A stretch of 63,409 nucleotides of DNA, the filler included. It is 7 parts of 7 records of this genome, joined end to end, with 100 filler letters (N's around TTAATTAATTAA, not from the genome) between each part and the next. Parts side by side here need not be neighbours in the genome. Positions count along the whole stretch, not along the records: positions 1 to 6,104 come from SRR2962707_4592; positions 6,205 to 15,566 come from SRR2962707_4596; 5 more parts are not named here. One strand, 5' to 3'. Positions 1 through 10,740 of this stretch are shown one piece after another. Under the pieces are notes generated by a model that had not been told where the DNA came from, did no database searches, and saw only the letters and a list, made by a program, of their open reading frames with translations. The position numbers and the translations under genes were made by a program. Numbering within the stretch: the first letter of the stretch is position 1; each line of letters starts with the position of its first letter.

Positions 1-1
1 C

Positions 2-3000
2 GGCTGGGATGGCGGTGACTGCTGCGAGTCCACCTGCCAGTCGACGCTCTACACTTGCGGGGTGGTTGGGTACAATTGCAAGGACCCGAATGCCACAGAC
101 TACGATTCGGCCAATTGCACTGCTGCCAACGAAGCTGTTGGCGACGGCTATTGCGATGTGTATTCGTACAACAACGACCTGCACTTAAACAAAGCTAGCT
201 GCGACTGGGACGGTGGCGATTGCTGCCAGTCAACTTGCGTGGGCGCGTGCGATCACCTCGTTTACTACTGCCTCGACCCGAATGCCACTGATTACAACGA
301 ACGTTCGGAATGCGAAGCCCCGAATCCTGCGTGGCTTGCCGATGGGTTTTGCGACCACAACACTGTCGAGTCTGACATTTACAACACTGAAAAATGCAAT
401 TGGGACGGTGGGGACTGCTGCGAAGACACATGCGTTGACGGAGAGTACAGCTGCAGCGACAGCGAGTGGGTGTGCTTCAACCCCGAGTCGAGCAACTACA
501 CCTTCGCCACCTGTGACGTCGAGTACCCGTCGTACATTGCCGACGCGTACTGTGATGCCAATGCTGACAACTACAATACCATGGCCTGTAATTGGGATGG
601 GGGTGACTGCTGTGAGGATACGTGTGAAGCCGAAACCCTTGCTTACGAATGCGGTGTAATCGGGTACGCCTGCCTGGACCCCTCGTCGTCGAACTACCTC
701 ATTTGCCCGGGGGCCAACAGTTCGCTCCTTGGTGACGGCTACTGCGACCAATATGCCTACAACCTCGAACTGCACCTGAACACGGAGGCGTGTTCGTGGG
801 ACAACGGTGACTGCTGCCCGTCGACATGCATCGGCGACTGCACGAACGTCGTTTACGACTGCTTGAACCCTAACGCCTCAGACTATGGCGATGTTTCCGC
901 GTGTGATGTCGCGTCGCCGTCTTGGATTGGCGATGCCTACTGTGACACCTCGAGCCCAGCGTACAACACGCTGGCCTGTGCGTGGGACGGAGGAGATTGC
1001 TGCGAGATTTCTTGCCTCGCAGAGGATACCACATACGAGTGCGGTTCAAATGGCTACAGTTGCGTTGACCCAGAATTTTCTGACGGATCTTGCCAAGCTG
1101 CCACCCTTTCCTGGCTGCGGGATGGTTTCTGTGACGATGCCTCGTAAGTCCTACCCTTCCCTTCGGCGTGTTTCCTTGAGCATTGCATTCTGGCTGCGAA
1201 CTTTCCTCATTTGCCGTTTGCACTTTATGTATTTTTGTCTTCCAGGTACAACAACGACGCCTGCAACTGGGACGGTGGCGATTGCTGCGAAGGAACCTGC
1301 ATATCGTCACCCGATTATACGTGCGGTGTTGATGGCACCTTCGACTGCAGGGATCCACTCCCCTATTGCAAAGTAGGGCGCAGGGATTTTCTCGGAGATG
1401 GTGCTTGTGATTTCGCAACGGGTCCTTTGTTCAATACAATGAACTGCTCATGGGATGGCGGCGACTGCTGTGAATCCAGCTGCGATGCAAATGCTACCGT
1501 TACTTGTGGCAGTGTTGGCTATCACTGTGTCGATCCTAACAATACTGACTACCTCGAGTGCCCAGGAGGCGATTCGATCTACTTCGGCGACGGTTACTGC
1601 GACCTGTACGTTCTAAGATTGTTGTAGGCAACATTGAACCCTGTTGGTCGCTCCAAGGCGCAGTGCTCTTGATACTCATTGTGGCTTTTGCTCTTGACTC
1701 CGTGCAGGGGCGCACTCCAGGTTGACTCTTACCTTAACACAGAGCTGTGCAGTTGGGACGGTGGCGACTGCTGCCCTAGTACTTGCGTTGGTGATTGCCC
1801 TGGCATCGTGTACCAATGCCGGCAGCCAGGACTTTCGGACTTTGGCTCCAAGAGCGCTTGCCAGGTTGACACGCCCTCGTTCATTGGGGACTCGATTTGT
1901 GATGCCGATGTCACGGGGCTGAACACAATGGAATGCGGCTGGGACGGTGGTGACTGCTGCGAATCGACCTGCGATGGACGCAGCAGCAACCAGTGCGGGG
2001 AAAATGCTTTCTTCTGCCTCGATCCGAACGCGACCGAGACTATTGTAGTGGGTGGCGTGTGTGACGTCGCTTTCACCAGCTACCTCGGGGATGGTGCTTG
2101 CGATATCATGGATACGTACAATACATTGGCCTGCAATTGGGATGGCGGCGATTGCTGCGTATCAAGCTGCACCAGCACCACTGACAACACGTGTGGTGTG
2201 AACGGCTGGCAGTGCCTCGACCCTGACGGCTCAAGCTGCCCTGTGAGCAACCCATCGTACCTTAACGATGGATACTGCGATGCGATGGATCAGTTCTCCA
2301 ATTACAACACTGCTGGTTGCAACTGGGATGGGGGTGATTGCTGCCACGCCACCTGTGGAGACAATGGCCCCACGGAAGTTGAGTGCGGGTCTTACGGTTT
2401 GTTTCTTTGCTTCCACCAATCTTTGTTGTTGTTGAAATTGTTGTTGTCGGGGCGGCGGCCACTTTCCAAGCCGACGCATACATAGTGCGCATCTAATGCG
2501 GTGTCCTTCATTCCGACCCTACATGCCTTCCAGGGTACAACTGCATCGACCCAAACGCCGCCGACTATCAGAATTGCCCAGGCAAGGACGACTCGCACTT
2601 CGCTGATGGCTACTGTGACATGTGGCATTTCGATCTCAATCTCCACCTCAACACCGCCATTTGTGGCTGGGACGGTGGCGACTGCTGCATGTCGACTTGT
2701 GACGCCGGCAACAACACAAACGCCTGCCAATTGTACGTCTACGACTGCCTTGATCCGGCTGCCACTGACTTTGGGAGCAGCTCAGCCTGCAACGTCAGCG
2801 CGCCGTCGTGGATTGGGGATGCGTATTGTGACGCAGGCAGTGTTGGGTACAACACCGAGGTTTGCGCCTGGGATGGTGGCGATTGCTGCGAGTCCACTTG
2901 TCTGGAAGAGGTCACCTTTTATGACTGTGGCCACGTCGCGTACGCTTGTGCTGACCCCGATGCCATCGAAAACAACCGAACTATCCCTGAAGGGTGTGAA

Positions 3001-5413
3001 ATCGCGTTCATGTCCTGGCTGATGGACGGCTACTGTGATGAAGCCGGCGAGAACTACAATACCATGGCATGTGGTTGGGACATGGGCGATTGCTGCGAAT
3101 CCACATGTGCAGATGGATCGATTCACTCATGTGGCACGAGCCAGTACTTCTGCCGCGATCCGAGTGCCGTGGATTACGAGAACCTCTTCTGTTCCGCGGA
3201 TTACCCGTCGTACATCTCTGATGGGTACTGTGACTCTGAAGGGGGCTACAACACAAAAGAGTGTGACTGGGATGGAGGTGATTGCTGTGCTGCAACATGT
3301 GGCAACAACCTGACAACCTCCTTTGCTTGTGGCACCATCGGCTACCGCTGCCTTGACCCTGATGTTGACGAGGGAGCCTGCCCTGGCAACGAAACGGTTT
3401 ACTATGGCGATGGTTTCTGCGATATGTGGAACTTCAATTTGCACTTGCATCTGAATGTCGCAGTGTGCAACTGGGATGGTGGCGATTGCTGCCCTTCAAC
3501 TTGCGCAACATCCTCGGGCGAGGATTGCAGTAACGTCGTGTACGAGTGCCTTGATGAGTCAGCTGACGATTACAACACAACCTCGGAGTGCATCGTCGAC
3601 TCTCCATCATGGATTGCTGATGCTTATTGCGACAGCAGCTCGACGTCGATGTACAACACGGCAGTGTGCAACTGGGACGGCGGTGATTGCTGCGAAGACA
3701 CTTGCTTGGACGAGGCCCAGAGCTACGAGTGCGGACAGGTGGTGTACGTGTGCAGGGACCCCAGTTCGTCTGGCTACATGGACATGGGTGACTGCGAAGT
3801 TGATAATCAGGATTGGATCGCTGATGGCTATTGCGATATTGGCGAGGGCTACGATGGTTACAACACAGAAGCTTGCATGTGGGATGGCGGTGACTGCTGC
3901 AGTTCGACGTGTGAGGATGGTGCTTATGCGTGTGGAACCAACGGATATGACTGCTTGGACCCTGATAGTGGAGATGTTCTTTGCCCAGCAGAGCACCAAA
4001 GCTACATTGCTGATGGATATTGTGACGGTAACGAAATCGCGTATAACACGCGGGATTGCAATTGGGATGGTGGCGACTGCTGTGAGGTGACGTGTCAAAG
4101 CAGCATTTACGCATGTGGTTCCAGCCCCGTCCGCTACGACTGCCAAGATCCCGACGCAAACAGCTGCCAGGCGGATGTGCTGTCATATGTTGGCGATGGT
4201 TATTGTGATGCCATCGATGGTGGCTACAATGTGGCGTCATGCAACTGGGATGGTGGAGACTGCTGTTATGCAACCTGCGAGGATTCCCTCTTTTCATGCG
4301 GCACAATTGGGTTCCAATGCAACGATCCAGACGCCACTGACTACCGGGTGTGCTACGGCCTCAACAGTACGCATTCGTGCCTGTGTTTTTCTTGTAACTG
4401 TGCCGTGATTGCGCCAGCATCTCCAGCCGGAAGTCTTTGTGGTGCTCATTTAGTGCGTGTGTCCCTGTTTGCGAACTGCCGATGTAAATCGCTATGTAGC
4501 TCCCAGTTGGGGCAATGGCGAATGTGACATGTTCCACTACGATCTCGAGGCGCACCTCAACACTGACATGTGCGGCTGGGATGGCGGTGACTGCTGTCCC
4601 TCGACGTGCAGGATGCCTGATGAGAGTGATTGCGACAACGTTGTGTACGACTGTCTTGACCCTGACGCGGACGACTCGGGCGTTGTTTCCGATTGCACGG
4701 CAAGTGTGCCTTCATGGATTGGCGATGGCTACTGCGACAACAACATGAATGACGCGTCCAGCGCCTACGAGTACGTGTCGCACGCTCCCCGCTGTGTATC
4801 GAGTGTCGTTGCCATGCACCACATTCTGTCCACGAACAAGTTTTTTCACCTTAATCTCGCTGTCCCACAGGTACAATAACCCCGCTTGCAATTGGGATGG
4901 GGGAGACTGCTGCACTGATACGTGTGAAGCTGGGCTTTATGACTGCTCTCAAGGCGATTTCTATTGTAATGACCCAAGCAATGTTGACTTTGGCACGGTG
5001 AACGGACAAGCTGTTGATAATGGAGGCGATGACGTTTTCGGTGGGGACAACAACTCCGTACTCATTGGCGCCATTGTTGGTGGAGTTGTGGTGCTGGTCA
5101 TCATCATCGTTGTCGTTGTAGTGGTTGTATCGCGCCAAAAGACGCGCTCCACGGAGAATCGTAGCTCAACCTACGCGACTCATACAAGTCGTCCAACGAC
5201 CATGATTAGAGCTGTGGAAGTTGATGTGGATGACACCAAGGTTCGAACTGCCAACCGTGCCGCGCTTTGGCGTGCTCTTCATTTATGTTGCTTCTTCTCG
5301 TGTTGTTATGAGTTTCAATTGCCTGATTCACTATTGTTTCTCCCCCGCTTTGCTACGTTGACCCATACATTTGCTTTGTTTTGTCTTTCGTTTAGCCCGG
5401 CTTCAGTCAATAA
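2..5413 (+). CDS. Spliced eukaryotic gene, 5'-partial: type I membrane protein with >=23 tandem Cys-rich LNR/Notch-like (PAPP-A LNR3-type) repeats. Exons 2-1143, 1246-1605, 1708-2396, 2534-4366, 4500-4770, 4871-5240, 5396-5413 (1560 aa visible)
   Basis: Repeated motif C-x8-(G/A)DG(Y/F)CD-xn-N-x3-C-x-WDGGDCC-x2-TC...CxDP; 23 WD(G/N/M)GDCC copies counted. ORF breaks coincide with GT..AG introns whose removal restores frame and repeat spacing. Hydrophobic TM segment VLIGAIVGGVVVLVIIIVVVVVVV at 5058-5129 is followed by basic SRQK. The last exon is least certain. Confidence 0.88.
1144..1245 (+). other. Spliceosomal intron 1 (102 nt, phase 2)
   Basis: Donor GTAAGT at 1144, pyrimidine tract and CAG ending at 1245; splicing gives DGFCDDAS|YNNDACNWDGGDCC. 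Confidence 0.93.
1606..1707 (+). other. Spliceosomal intron 2 (102 nt, phase 2)
   Basis: Donor GTACGT, acceptor TGCAG; splicing gives CD-LGALQVDSY-LN, the same 9-residue spacing as in sister repeats. Confidence 0.85.
2397..2533 (+). other. Spliceosomal intron 3 (137 nt, phase 1)
   Basis: Donor GTTTGT, acceptor CCTTCCAG; splicing gives ECGSYG|YNCIDP in frame with the next exon. Confidence 0.88.
4367..4499 (+). other. Spliceosomal intron 4 (133 nt, phase 1)
   Basis: Donor GTACGC, acceptor TGTAG; splicing gives CYGLNTPSWGNGECD, matching the C-x8-GDG spacing. Confidence 0.82.
4771..4870 (+). other. Spliceosomal intron 5 (100 nt, phase 2)
   Basis: Donor GTACGT, acceptor CCCACAG; splicing gives SSAYE|YNNPACNWDGGDCC. 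Confidence 0.9.
5241..5395 (+). other. Probable spliceosomal intron 6 (155 nt, phase 0)
   Basis: AAG|GTTCGA donor, long T-rich tract ending TTTAG; the following exon reads PGFSQ-stop. No repeat is available to confirm the junction. Confidence 0.6.
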
Positions 5414-6080
5414 ATGTGCTGGCGTGAAACCAAGTTGTGTGCACTGCTCTCGCTCCCGTACGATGGTTGGCCTGGTGCTGCACTCAGGATTAGTAATTTG
5501 ACGCAAAATGCCGAGATTGTGGAAGCGGTTGCATGCACTTTTCAACATCGTGGGCGCGGGCTTCTCAACGGCAGCAAGGCGGCGTTTTTTGATAATCAAA
5601 AAAAAAGTTTATTAAGTTAGACGATTTGGGCAAATCATCAGAATGATTTAAGCTTTCACGTAACCCTCGTGCACAACGTGATGAAATTATGACTTTATCG
5701 TGAAGTAAGGACTTTGGTCATAGCACAAGGTACCGATCGAAATTCCACCACCTTCCAATAATGTCAACGAGGTCGAAACTGTTGAACGTGTGAACGTGTC
5801 GCTGACTCGTTTGACTGCAACCTTTGCAGTGGTTCTCCCTCGCATCCGACGGGCTCCTTTAAGTCTTCTGTTCAGAGGACTCAAAGGAGCCCCTCGGAAT
5901 GCGTCCGGGAAGGTTCCTTTTAGTCCTCCGTAATCGATCGGTTCATGTTCTAGTCAAGTCAAGGAACCGATCGATCGATCACATCTGAGATCGGAGTGAG
6001 TGAGCGTTGCAAGGCTTTCGCATTGCTTTGGATTGTACGAGCTATGGTTGTTGTCTACCGGTCGATAAATGGATTCGCAT

Positions 6081-6100
6081 TGTATTGTATTGTATTGTAT
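6081..6100 (+). repeat. (TGTAT)4 microsatellite at the contig end
   Basis: tgtattgtattgtattgtat read directly. Confidence 0.8.
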
Positions 6101-6104
6101 AATT

Positions 6105-6204
6105 NNNNNNNNNNNNNNNNNNNNNNNNNNNNNNNNNNNNNNNNNNNNTTAATTAATTAANNNNNNNNNNNNNNNNNNNNNNNNNNNNNNNNNNNNNNNN
6201 NNNN
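6105..6204. other. Artificial contig spacer N44-TTAATTAATTAA-N44
   Basis: Identical 100-bp spacer with stops in all six frames, occurring six times in the window. Confidence 0.98.
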
Positions 6205-6855
6205 GCCGCGCTGCAGGAAGTGTTCCTGATCCGGGGCGCGTTCATAGGCATAGCCCGGGGAAATGGTAATCCCTTCAACCTGCAGTTCGTTGGTGCAGAA
6301 ATCAAAGAACTCTGCGCATTCCTCAGCTGTCATCTGGTTGAACAGCGTGCAGTTGACGTTGACGCGGAAACCACGGGCCTTGGCGGCCTTGATGGCAGAA
6401 ACGGCACGCTTGAAGGTGCCTTTCTGCGCCACGGCGTGATCATGGTGCTCTTCAAGACCGTCCAGATGCACCGAGAAGGTCAGGTACGGTGACGGCGTAA
6501 AGTCATCAAGCCGCTTTTCGAGCAGGAGGGCGTTCGTGCAGAGGTAGACAAACTTCTTCCGGGCCACGATGCCTTCGACGATCTGCTTGATTTCCTTATG
6601 GATCAGCGGCTCACCACCTGGGATCGAGACGATGGGGGCGCCGCAATCATCGACGGCTTCCATGCATTCCTCGAAACTCAGGCGTTTGTTGAGGATGTCG
6701 TCCTCGTAATCGATCTTGCCGCAACCGGGGCAGGCGAGATTGCAGCGGAACAGAGGCTCCAGCATGAGGACCAGCGGGTATTTTTCAACGCCCTTCAGGC
6801 GCTGCTTCATGATGTAAGCACCGACACGCGCTTGCTGAATCAATGGAACGGTCAT
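6205..6855 (-). CDS. hpnH: Adenosyl-hopene transferase HpnH (radical SAM), 3'-truncated by contig end
   Basis: KYPLVLMLEPLFRCNLACPGCGKIDY N-terminus with CxxxCxxC, and ISPGYAYERAPDQEHFL, both typical of HpnH; directly downstream of ispH. Confidence 0.93.
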
Positions 6856-6856
6856 A

Positions 6857-7819
6857 TCAGTCTCCGGCCGCGCTGGCGGGTGAGGCATCCGTCAGTTCAC
6901 GCGGCAGTTTGAATACGACGTTTTCTTCGACGCCTTCGTGGTTGCGGACGACGGCATCGCAGATTTCCTTGATACGGTCGACCACGCCCTGAACAAGTTC
7001 TTCTGGAGCTGAAGCCCCGGCTGTCAGACCAACTTTCCTGACGCCCTGGAACCAGTTCTCGTCGATCATGGTGGCGTCGTCGATCAGATAAGAAGGCGTG
7101 CCGTTCTCACCGCCAAGTTCCGCCAGGCGGTTGGAATTCGAGCTGTTCTTGGCACCGACGACCAGCAATAGATCAACGACCTGGGATAATTCCCGGACGG
7201 CCTGCTGACGGTTCTGCGTTGCATAGCAGATGTCTTTGACGTCAGGCCCGACAATGCTTGGGAAGCGTTTTTTGAGGGCATTGATGGTGGCCCGGGTTTC
7301 GTCAACCGAGAGCGTGGTCTGTGTGACATAGGAGAGCTTTTCCGGGTCATCAACGACAAGATCATCAACTTCGGAAGGATCGCTGACGATCAATACGCCG
7401 CCGGGGATACGTCCTTCGGTGCCTTCGACCTCCGGATGGCCGCGGTGGCCGATCAAGATAACCTGACGGCCCTTGCTGGCCTGATTCTGGCCTTCCTTGT
7501 GTACTTTCGAAACAAGAGGGCATGTGGCGTCAATAACGGGCAGTTCACGTGCCCGGGCAGCGATTTCGACTTTTTCGGCAACACCATGCGCACTGAAGAT
7601 GGTGACGGCCCCTTCGGGGATTTCGTCGATCTCGTCGACAAAGATTGCTCCCTTGGCACGCAAGGATTCAACGACATGTTTGTTGTGGACGATCTCATGG
7701 CGCACATAGATCGGCGGGCCATACTTGGTTATCGCCCGTTCGACGATTTCGATGGCACGTTCGACGCCCGCACAAAATCCGCGCGGATTGGCAAGGATGA
7801 TTTCGACTGGTTCGCTCAT
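6857..7819 (-). CDS. ispH: 4-hydroxy-3-methylbut-2-enyl diphosphate reductase
   Basis: [46 protein letters not shown] and TAGASAP motifs. Confidence 0.97.
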   Translation of the reverse strand: MSEPVEIILANPRGFCAGVERAIEIVERAITKYGPPIYVRHEIVHNKHVVESLRAKGAIFVDEIDEIPEGAVTIFSAHGVAEKVEIAARARELPVIDATCPLVSKVHKEGQNQASKGRQVILIGHRGHPEVEGTEGRIPGGVLIVSDPSEVDDLVVDDPEKLSYVTQTTLSVDETRATINALKKRFPSIVGPDVKDICYATQNRQQAVRELSQVVDLLLVVGAKNSSNSNRLAELGGENGTPSYLIDDATMIDENWFQGVRKVGLTAGASAPEELVQGVVDRIKEICDAVVRNHEGVEENVVFKLPRELTDASPASAAGD

Positions 7820-7997
7820 AAAATCAATAATCCCGGGGTGTACAGAAATGCCGGAAATGCCTGTGCAGTCCGGTCTTTCCTTAAAGGTGGCCTTAAAACC
7901 ACATCTATCAATGGCTGTTTAACGTCTTTACCCCGGTTTTTCCATGGAAAACTCTGAAAATCAGTGCTTGTTTGTCGATCCAGGACAGGAATGAAGC

Positions 7998-9008
7998 GTG
8001 CAGATTAATCAAGGCCCCTATCTCGTAACCGGTGCGACAGGCTTCGTCGGCTCTGCCGTCGTGCGTGAATTGCTGGAAAAAGGCGCGGATGTCCGGGTGT
8101 TGGCACGGCCAGGCAGTGACCGGCGGAACCTCGCGGGACTGAAAGTCACCGTCTGTGAGGGGGATCTGCTGCAGCCCGAAAGTCTACGCAGGATGCTGGA
8201 TGGCTGTGCCGGTCTTTTTCACGTTGCAGCGGATTACAGGATCTGGACTCGCGATCCGGACGCCATGTTCCGGGCAAATGTCGAGGGTACGCGAACGATT
8301 CTCAAACTGGCCCACGATGCAGGGATTAAAAGGTCCGTCTATACCTCAAGCGTGGCGGTGCTTGGTATTGACCCGACAGGAAGGCCTGCCGACGAGGAAA
8401 CCCACGTTTCTTACAGGGATATGATTGGCGTTTATAAACAGTCCAAATACCGTGCTGAGCAAGCCTGCATGGAGGTCATTGCGGAAACCGGACATGACTG
8501 TGTGATCGTCAACCCGTCAACGCCGATCGGCCCGCGCGATATCAAACCCACCCCAACCGGCCGGCTCGTGGTTGAAGCGGCTTCGGGGCGCATGCCGGCC
8601 TATGTGGATACCGGCCTGAACGTCGCACATGTCGATGATGTTGCTGCGGGTCACTTGCTGGCTTTTGAGAAGGGGCAGCAGGGACGGCGCTATATCCTGG
8701 GCGGTGAGGACATGACGTTGCGTGACATCCTCACCACGGTTGCAGGGTATGCAGGGGTGAAGCCTCCCCGCATGCAAATCCCCCGAGCCCCGATCTATCC
8801 GATGGCATGGCTGGCGGAGCGCTGGTGCGCCCTGACCGGTAGCGGCGAGCCGTTTGCCACCGTTGACGGACTCAGGATGTCAAAAAAGAAGATGTTCTTT
8901 TCATCAGCACGTGCCGAAGCCGAGCTTGGTTACCGCCACAGAGCCGGTGTGGACGCCTTGGCAGATGCAGTCGACTGGTTCCGTGAGAACGGTTATCTCG
9001 GGCACTGA
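7998..9008 (+). CDS. hpnA: Hopanoid-associated NAD-dependent epimerase/dehydratase HpnA
   Basis: TGATGFVG Rossmann motif, FHVAADYRIW, YKQSK (YxxxK), NPSTPIGPRDIKPTPTG; hpn gene context. Confidence 0.9.
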   Translation: MQINQGPYLVTGATGFVGSAVVRELLEKGADVRVLARPGSDRRNLAGLKVTVCEGDLLQPESLRRMLDGCAGLFHVAADYRIWTRDPDAMFRANVEGTRTILKLAHDAGIKRSVYTSSVAVLGIDPTGRPADEETHVSYRDMIGVYKQSKYRAEQACMEVIAETGHDCVIVNPSTPIGPRDIKPTPTGRLVVEAASGRMPAYVDTGLNVAHVDDVAAGHLLAFEKGQQGRRYILGGEDMTLRDILTTVAGYAGVKPPRMQIPRAPIYPMAWLAERWCALTGSGEPFATVDGLRMSKKKMFFSSARAEAELGYRHRAGVDALADAVDWFRENGYLGH

Positions 9009-9073
9009 TCCGCCGGTTCTTGACTTGGCGTCCCATACGATAAAGATACGCGCGTCAGAACAAGGACAGACAA

Positions 9074-9820
9074 ATGCATGCCATCATTCTCGCCGCCGGG
9101 GTCGGCAGCCGGCTCTTCGGCGACAGCCGGACACAGCCGCCCAAAAGCCTGATCGAATTTGACGGGAAGACCCTTTTGGCCCGCCACATCGAATACCTGC
9201 AGGGGTTCGGGGTCAAAAAACTGACCCTCGTCGTCGGCTATCGCAAGGACCTCGTTGTGGCAGAAGCCGAGCGTTGTGCGCCACCGGGATTTCTGGAGGT
9301 CATCGAAAACCCGATGTATCGCGGCGGAAGTATCATTTCGATGTGGTATGCACGTGAAACCTATCGGCGTGGCGAAAAGGTCCTCTTCATGGATGCCGAT
9401 GTTCTCTATGACACCGCTATTCTGGAGCGCTTGATCGGCAGCGCCGAAGCAAGTGCTTTCGTCTACGATGATGATCTGGATGAGGGGGATGACCCTGTCC
9501 GAATCTGTTTGCGTGATGCGCATGTCGTCGATTTCGGAAAGCGGATCGTCGGCCAGTTCGAAGCAATGGGTGAATGGCCGGGTTTCATGACCGTTTCTGC
9601 GGAAACCGGGCCGCTGCTGGCAGCCTCGCTCGAAAATTATATCGAAGGCGGGCAGTTGATGGCGACGTACGAAGAAGCGATCCGTGACGTCATTATCGGG
9701 GGACCGGTCGGTGTGTTCGGCATTGTGGATGTTTCCGATCTCGACTGGATCGAAATCGATTTTCCGGAAGACCTGGAGCGGGCCCGGGAGGTTATCCTGC
9801 CGAAATTGCTCGGCAGCTAG
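9074..9820 (+). CDS. LicC/PntC-like phosphocholine/phosphonate cytidylyltransferase (NTP transferase)
   Basis: AIILAAGVGSRL...PKSL, MDADVLYD and WIEIDFPEDLERA signatures of the LicC-type nucleotidyltransferase family. Confidence 0.85.
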   Translation: MHAIILAAGVGSRLFGDSRTQPPKSLIEFDGKTLLARHIEYLQGFGVKKLTLVVGYRKDLVVAEAERCAPPGFLEVIENPMYRGGSIISMWYARETYRRGEKVLFMDADVLYDTAILERLIGSAEASAFVYDDDLDEGDDPVRICLRDAHVVDFGKRIVGQFEAMGEWPGFMTVSAETGPLLAASLENYIEGGQLMATYEEAIRDVIIGGPVGVFGIVDVSDLDWIEIDFPEDLERAREVILPKLLGS

Positions 9821-9823
9821 TCC

Positions 9824-10579
9824 TTACACCCGGAATACATAATCCTTGTTCGGATCACGGTCGATGTCGGGCGGGAAGTTCTTATGCTTATCCGCATAGT
9901 ACTGTGCCATATGATCGCCCGCGGATTGACGGTTGTAGGTAGCGTAGTAGATCCGGCGAACGTCATCGCTCATGTTGGCTTCGGACGCGTGCGGCGCATA
10001 GCAGTCAAAAAACACGATATCACCCGGTTCGGTCGGCACCGGCTCGAAGCTCATGCCTTTCATTTCTTCTTCGTTCAGCGGTTCCCAGGATTTCACCAGA
10101 CCTGATTTATGGTGACCTGCAACCAACTGCAGACAGCCGTTCTCAAGTGTCGCCCGGTCGATGCTGATAAGGGCGGAAATGAAGAAATCGGCATACGTAT
10201 CCCACCCGGCCTGGCTGTCCTGATGCGGGGCAAAGCCGCCGCCGCCGGGCATCTTGAAATTGATCTTTTCCTTGAACAGGACGGCCGGCTCACCAAGCAA
10301 TTGCGCGACAGGCGCTTTCAGCGCATTCGTCATGGCCTCAAAGCCACTGTGGAAAGGGGCAATGTTTTCGATCCGGTTGACCAGATCGGCGCCGTCCTTG
10401 CGGCTTTTTTCATGGTATACCCAATGCCGCCCGGATACTTCCGGCATCTTCAGAACTTCGTCGGTCCAAGTCGAAATCAGCGTCATGTCTTCTGCGCTGA
10501 AACCGCCGCGTTTGACAAGATAGCCGTCGCGCTCGAAGGCTGCGAGATCGTCATCGGTTAAAATGGGTGTCTGGAGCAT
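9824..10579 (-). CDS. PhyH-family Fe(II)/2-oxoglutarate dioxygenase, PhnY-like (2-aminoethylphosphonate 1-hydroxylase-like)
   Basis: HQD...H facial triad (FAPHQD, YAPHASEAN), LFKEKINFKMPGG, ENGCL and C-terminal YYADKHKNFPP. These segments resemble the AEP dioxygenase PhnY as I recall it. Confidence 0.82.
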   Translation of the reverse strand: MLQTPILTDDDLAAFERDGYLVKRGGFSAEDMTLISTWTDEVLKMPEVSGRHWVYHEKSRKDGADLVNRIENIAPFHSGFEAMTNALKAPVAQLLGEPAVLFKEKINFKMPGGGGFAPHQDSQAGWDTYADFFISALISIDRATLENGCLQLVAGHHKSGLVKSWEPLNEEEMKGMSFEPVPTEPGDIVFFDCYAPHASEANMSDDVRRIYYATYNRQSAGDHMAQYYADKHKNFPPDIDRDPNKDYVFRV

Positions 10580-10740
10580 TTTTTATCTCTCTGGGCCGGT
10601 CAGTTCGGGCATCGTATAACGCTAGACGGTTAGGCTGTCACGGAGAGTGTTCAATGAAAACAGGACAAAGACCTTGTTTGAATTCCCTCCCTCCTTCAGA
10701 AGATATGCCACAGACAAATGGTTTTCATAAGAGGTAACAC

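Noticed and set aside
1-5501. Fragmented Cys-rich ORFs suggesting a pseudogene, frameshifting or a CRISPR-like array (recurring TGGGAYGGYGGYGAYTGCTG)
   Set aside because: Breaks are explained by canonical GT-AG introns. The DNA repeats vary at third codon positions and are spaced ~200 nt apart, so they are protein repeats.
5414-6104. Non-coding tail with several (GATC)n/TCGATCG motifs and short ORFs
   Set aside because: No coherent coding, RNA or repeat structure that I can support; likely 3' UTR and intergenic DNA.
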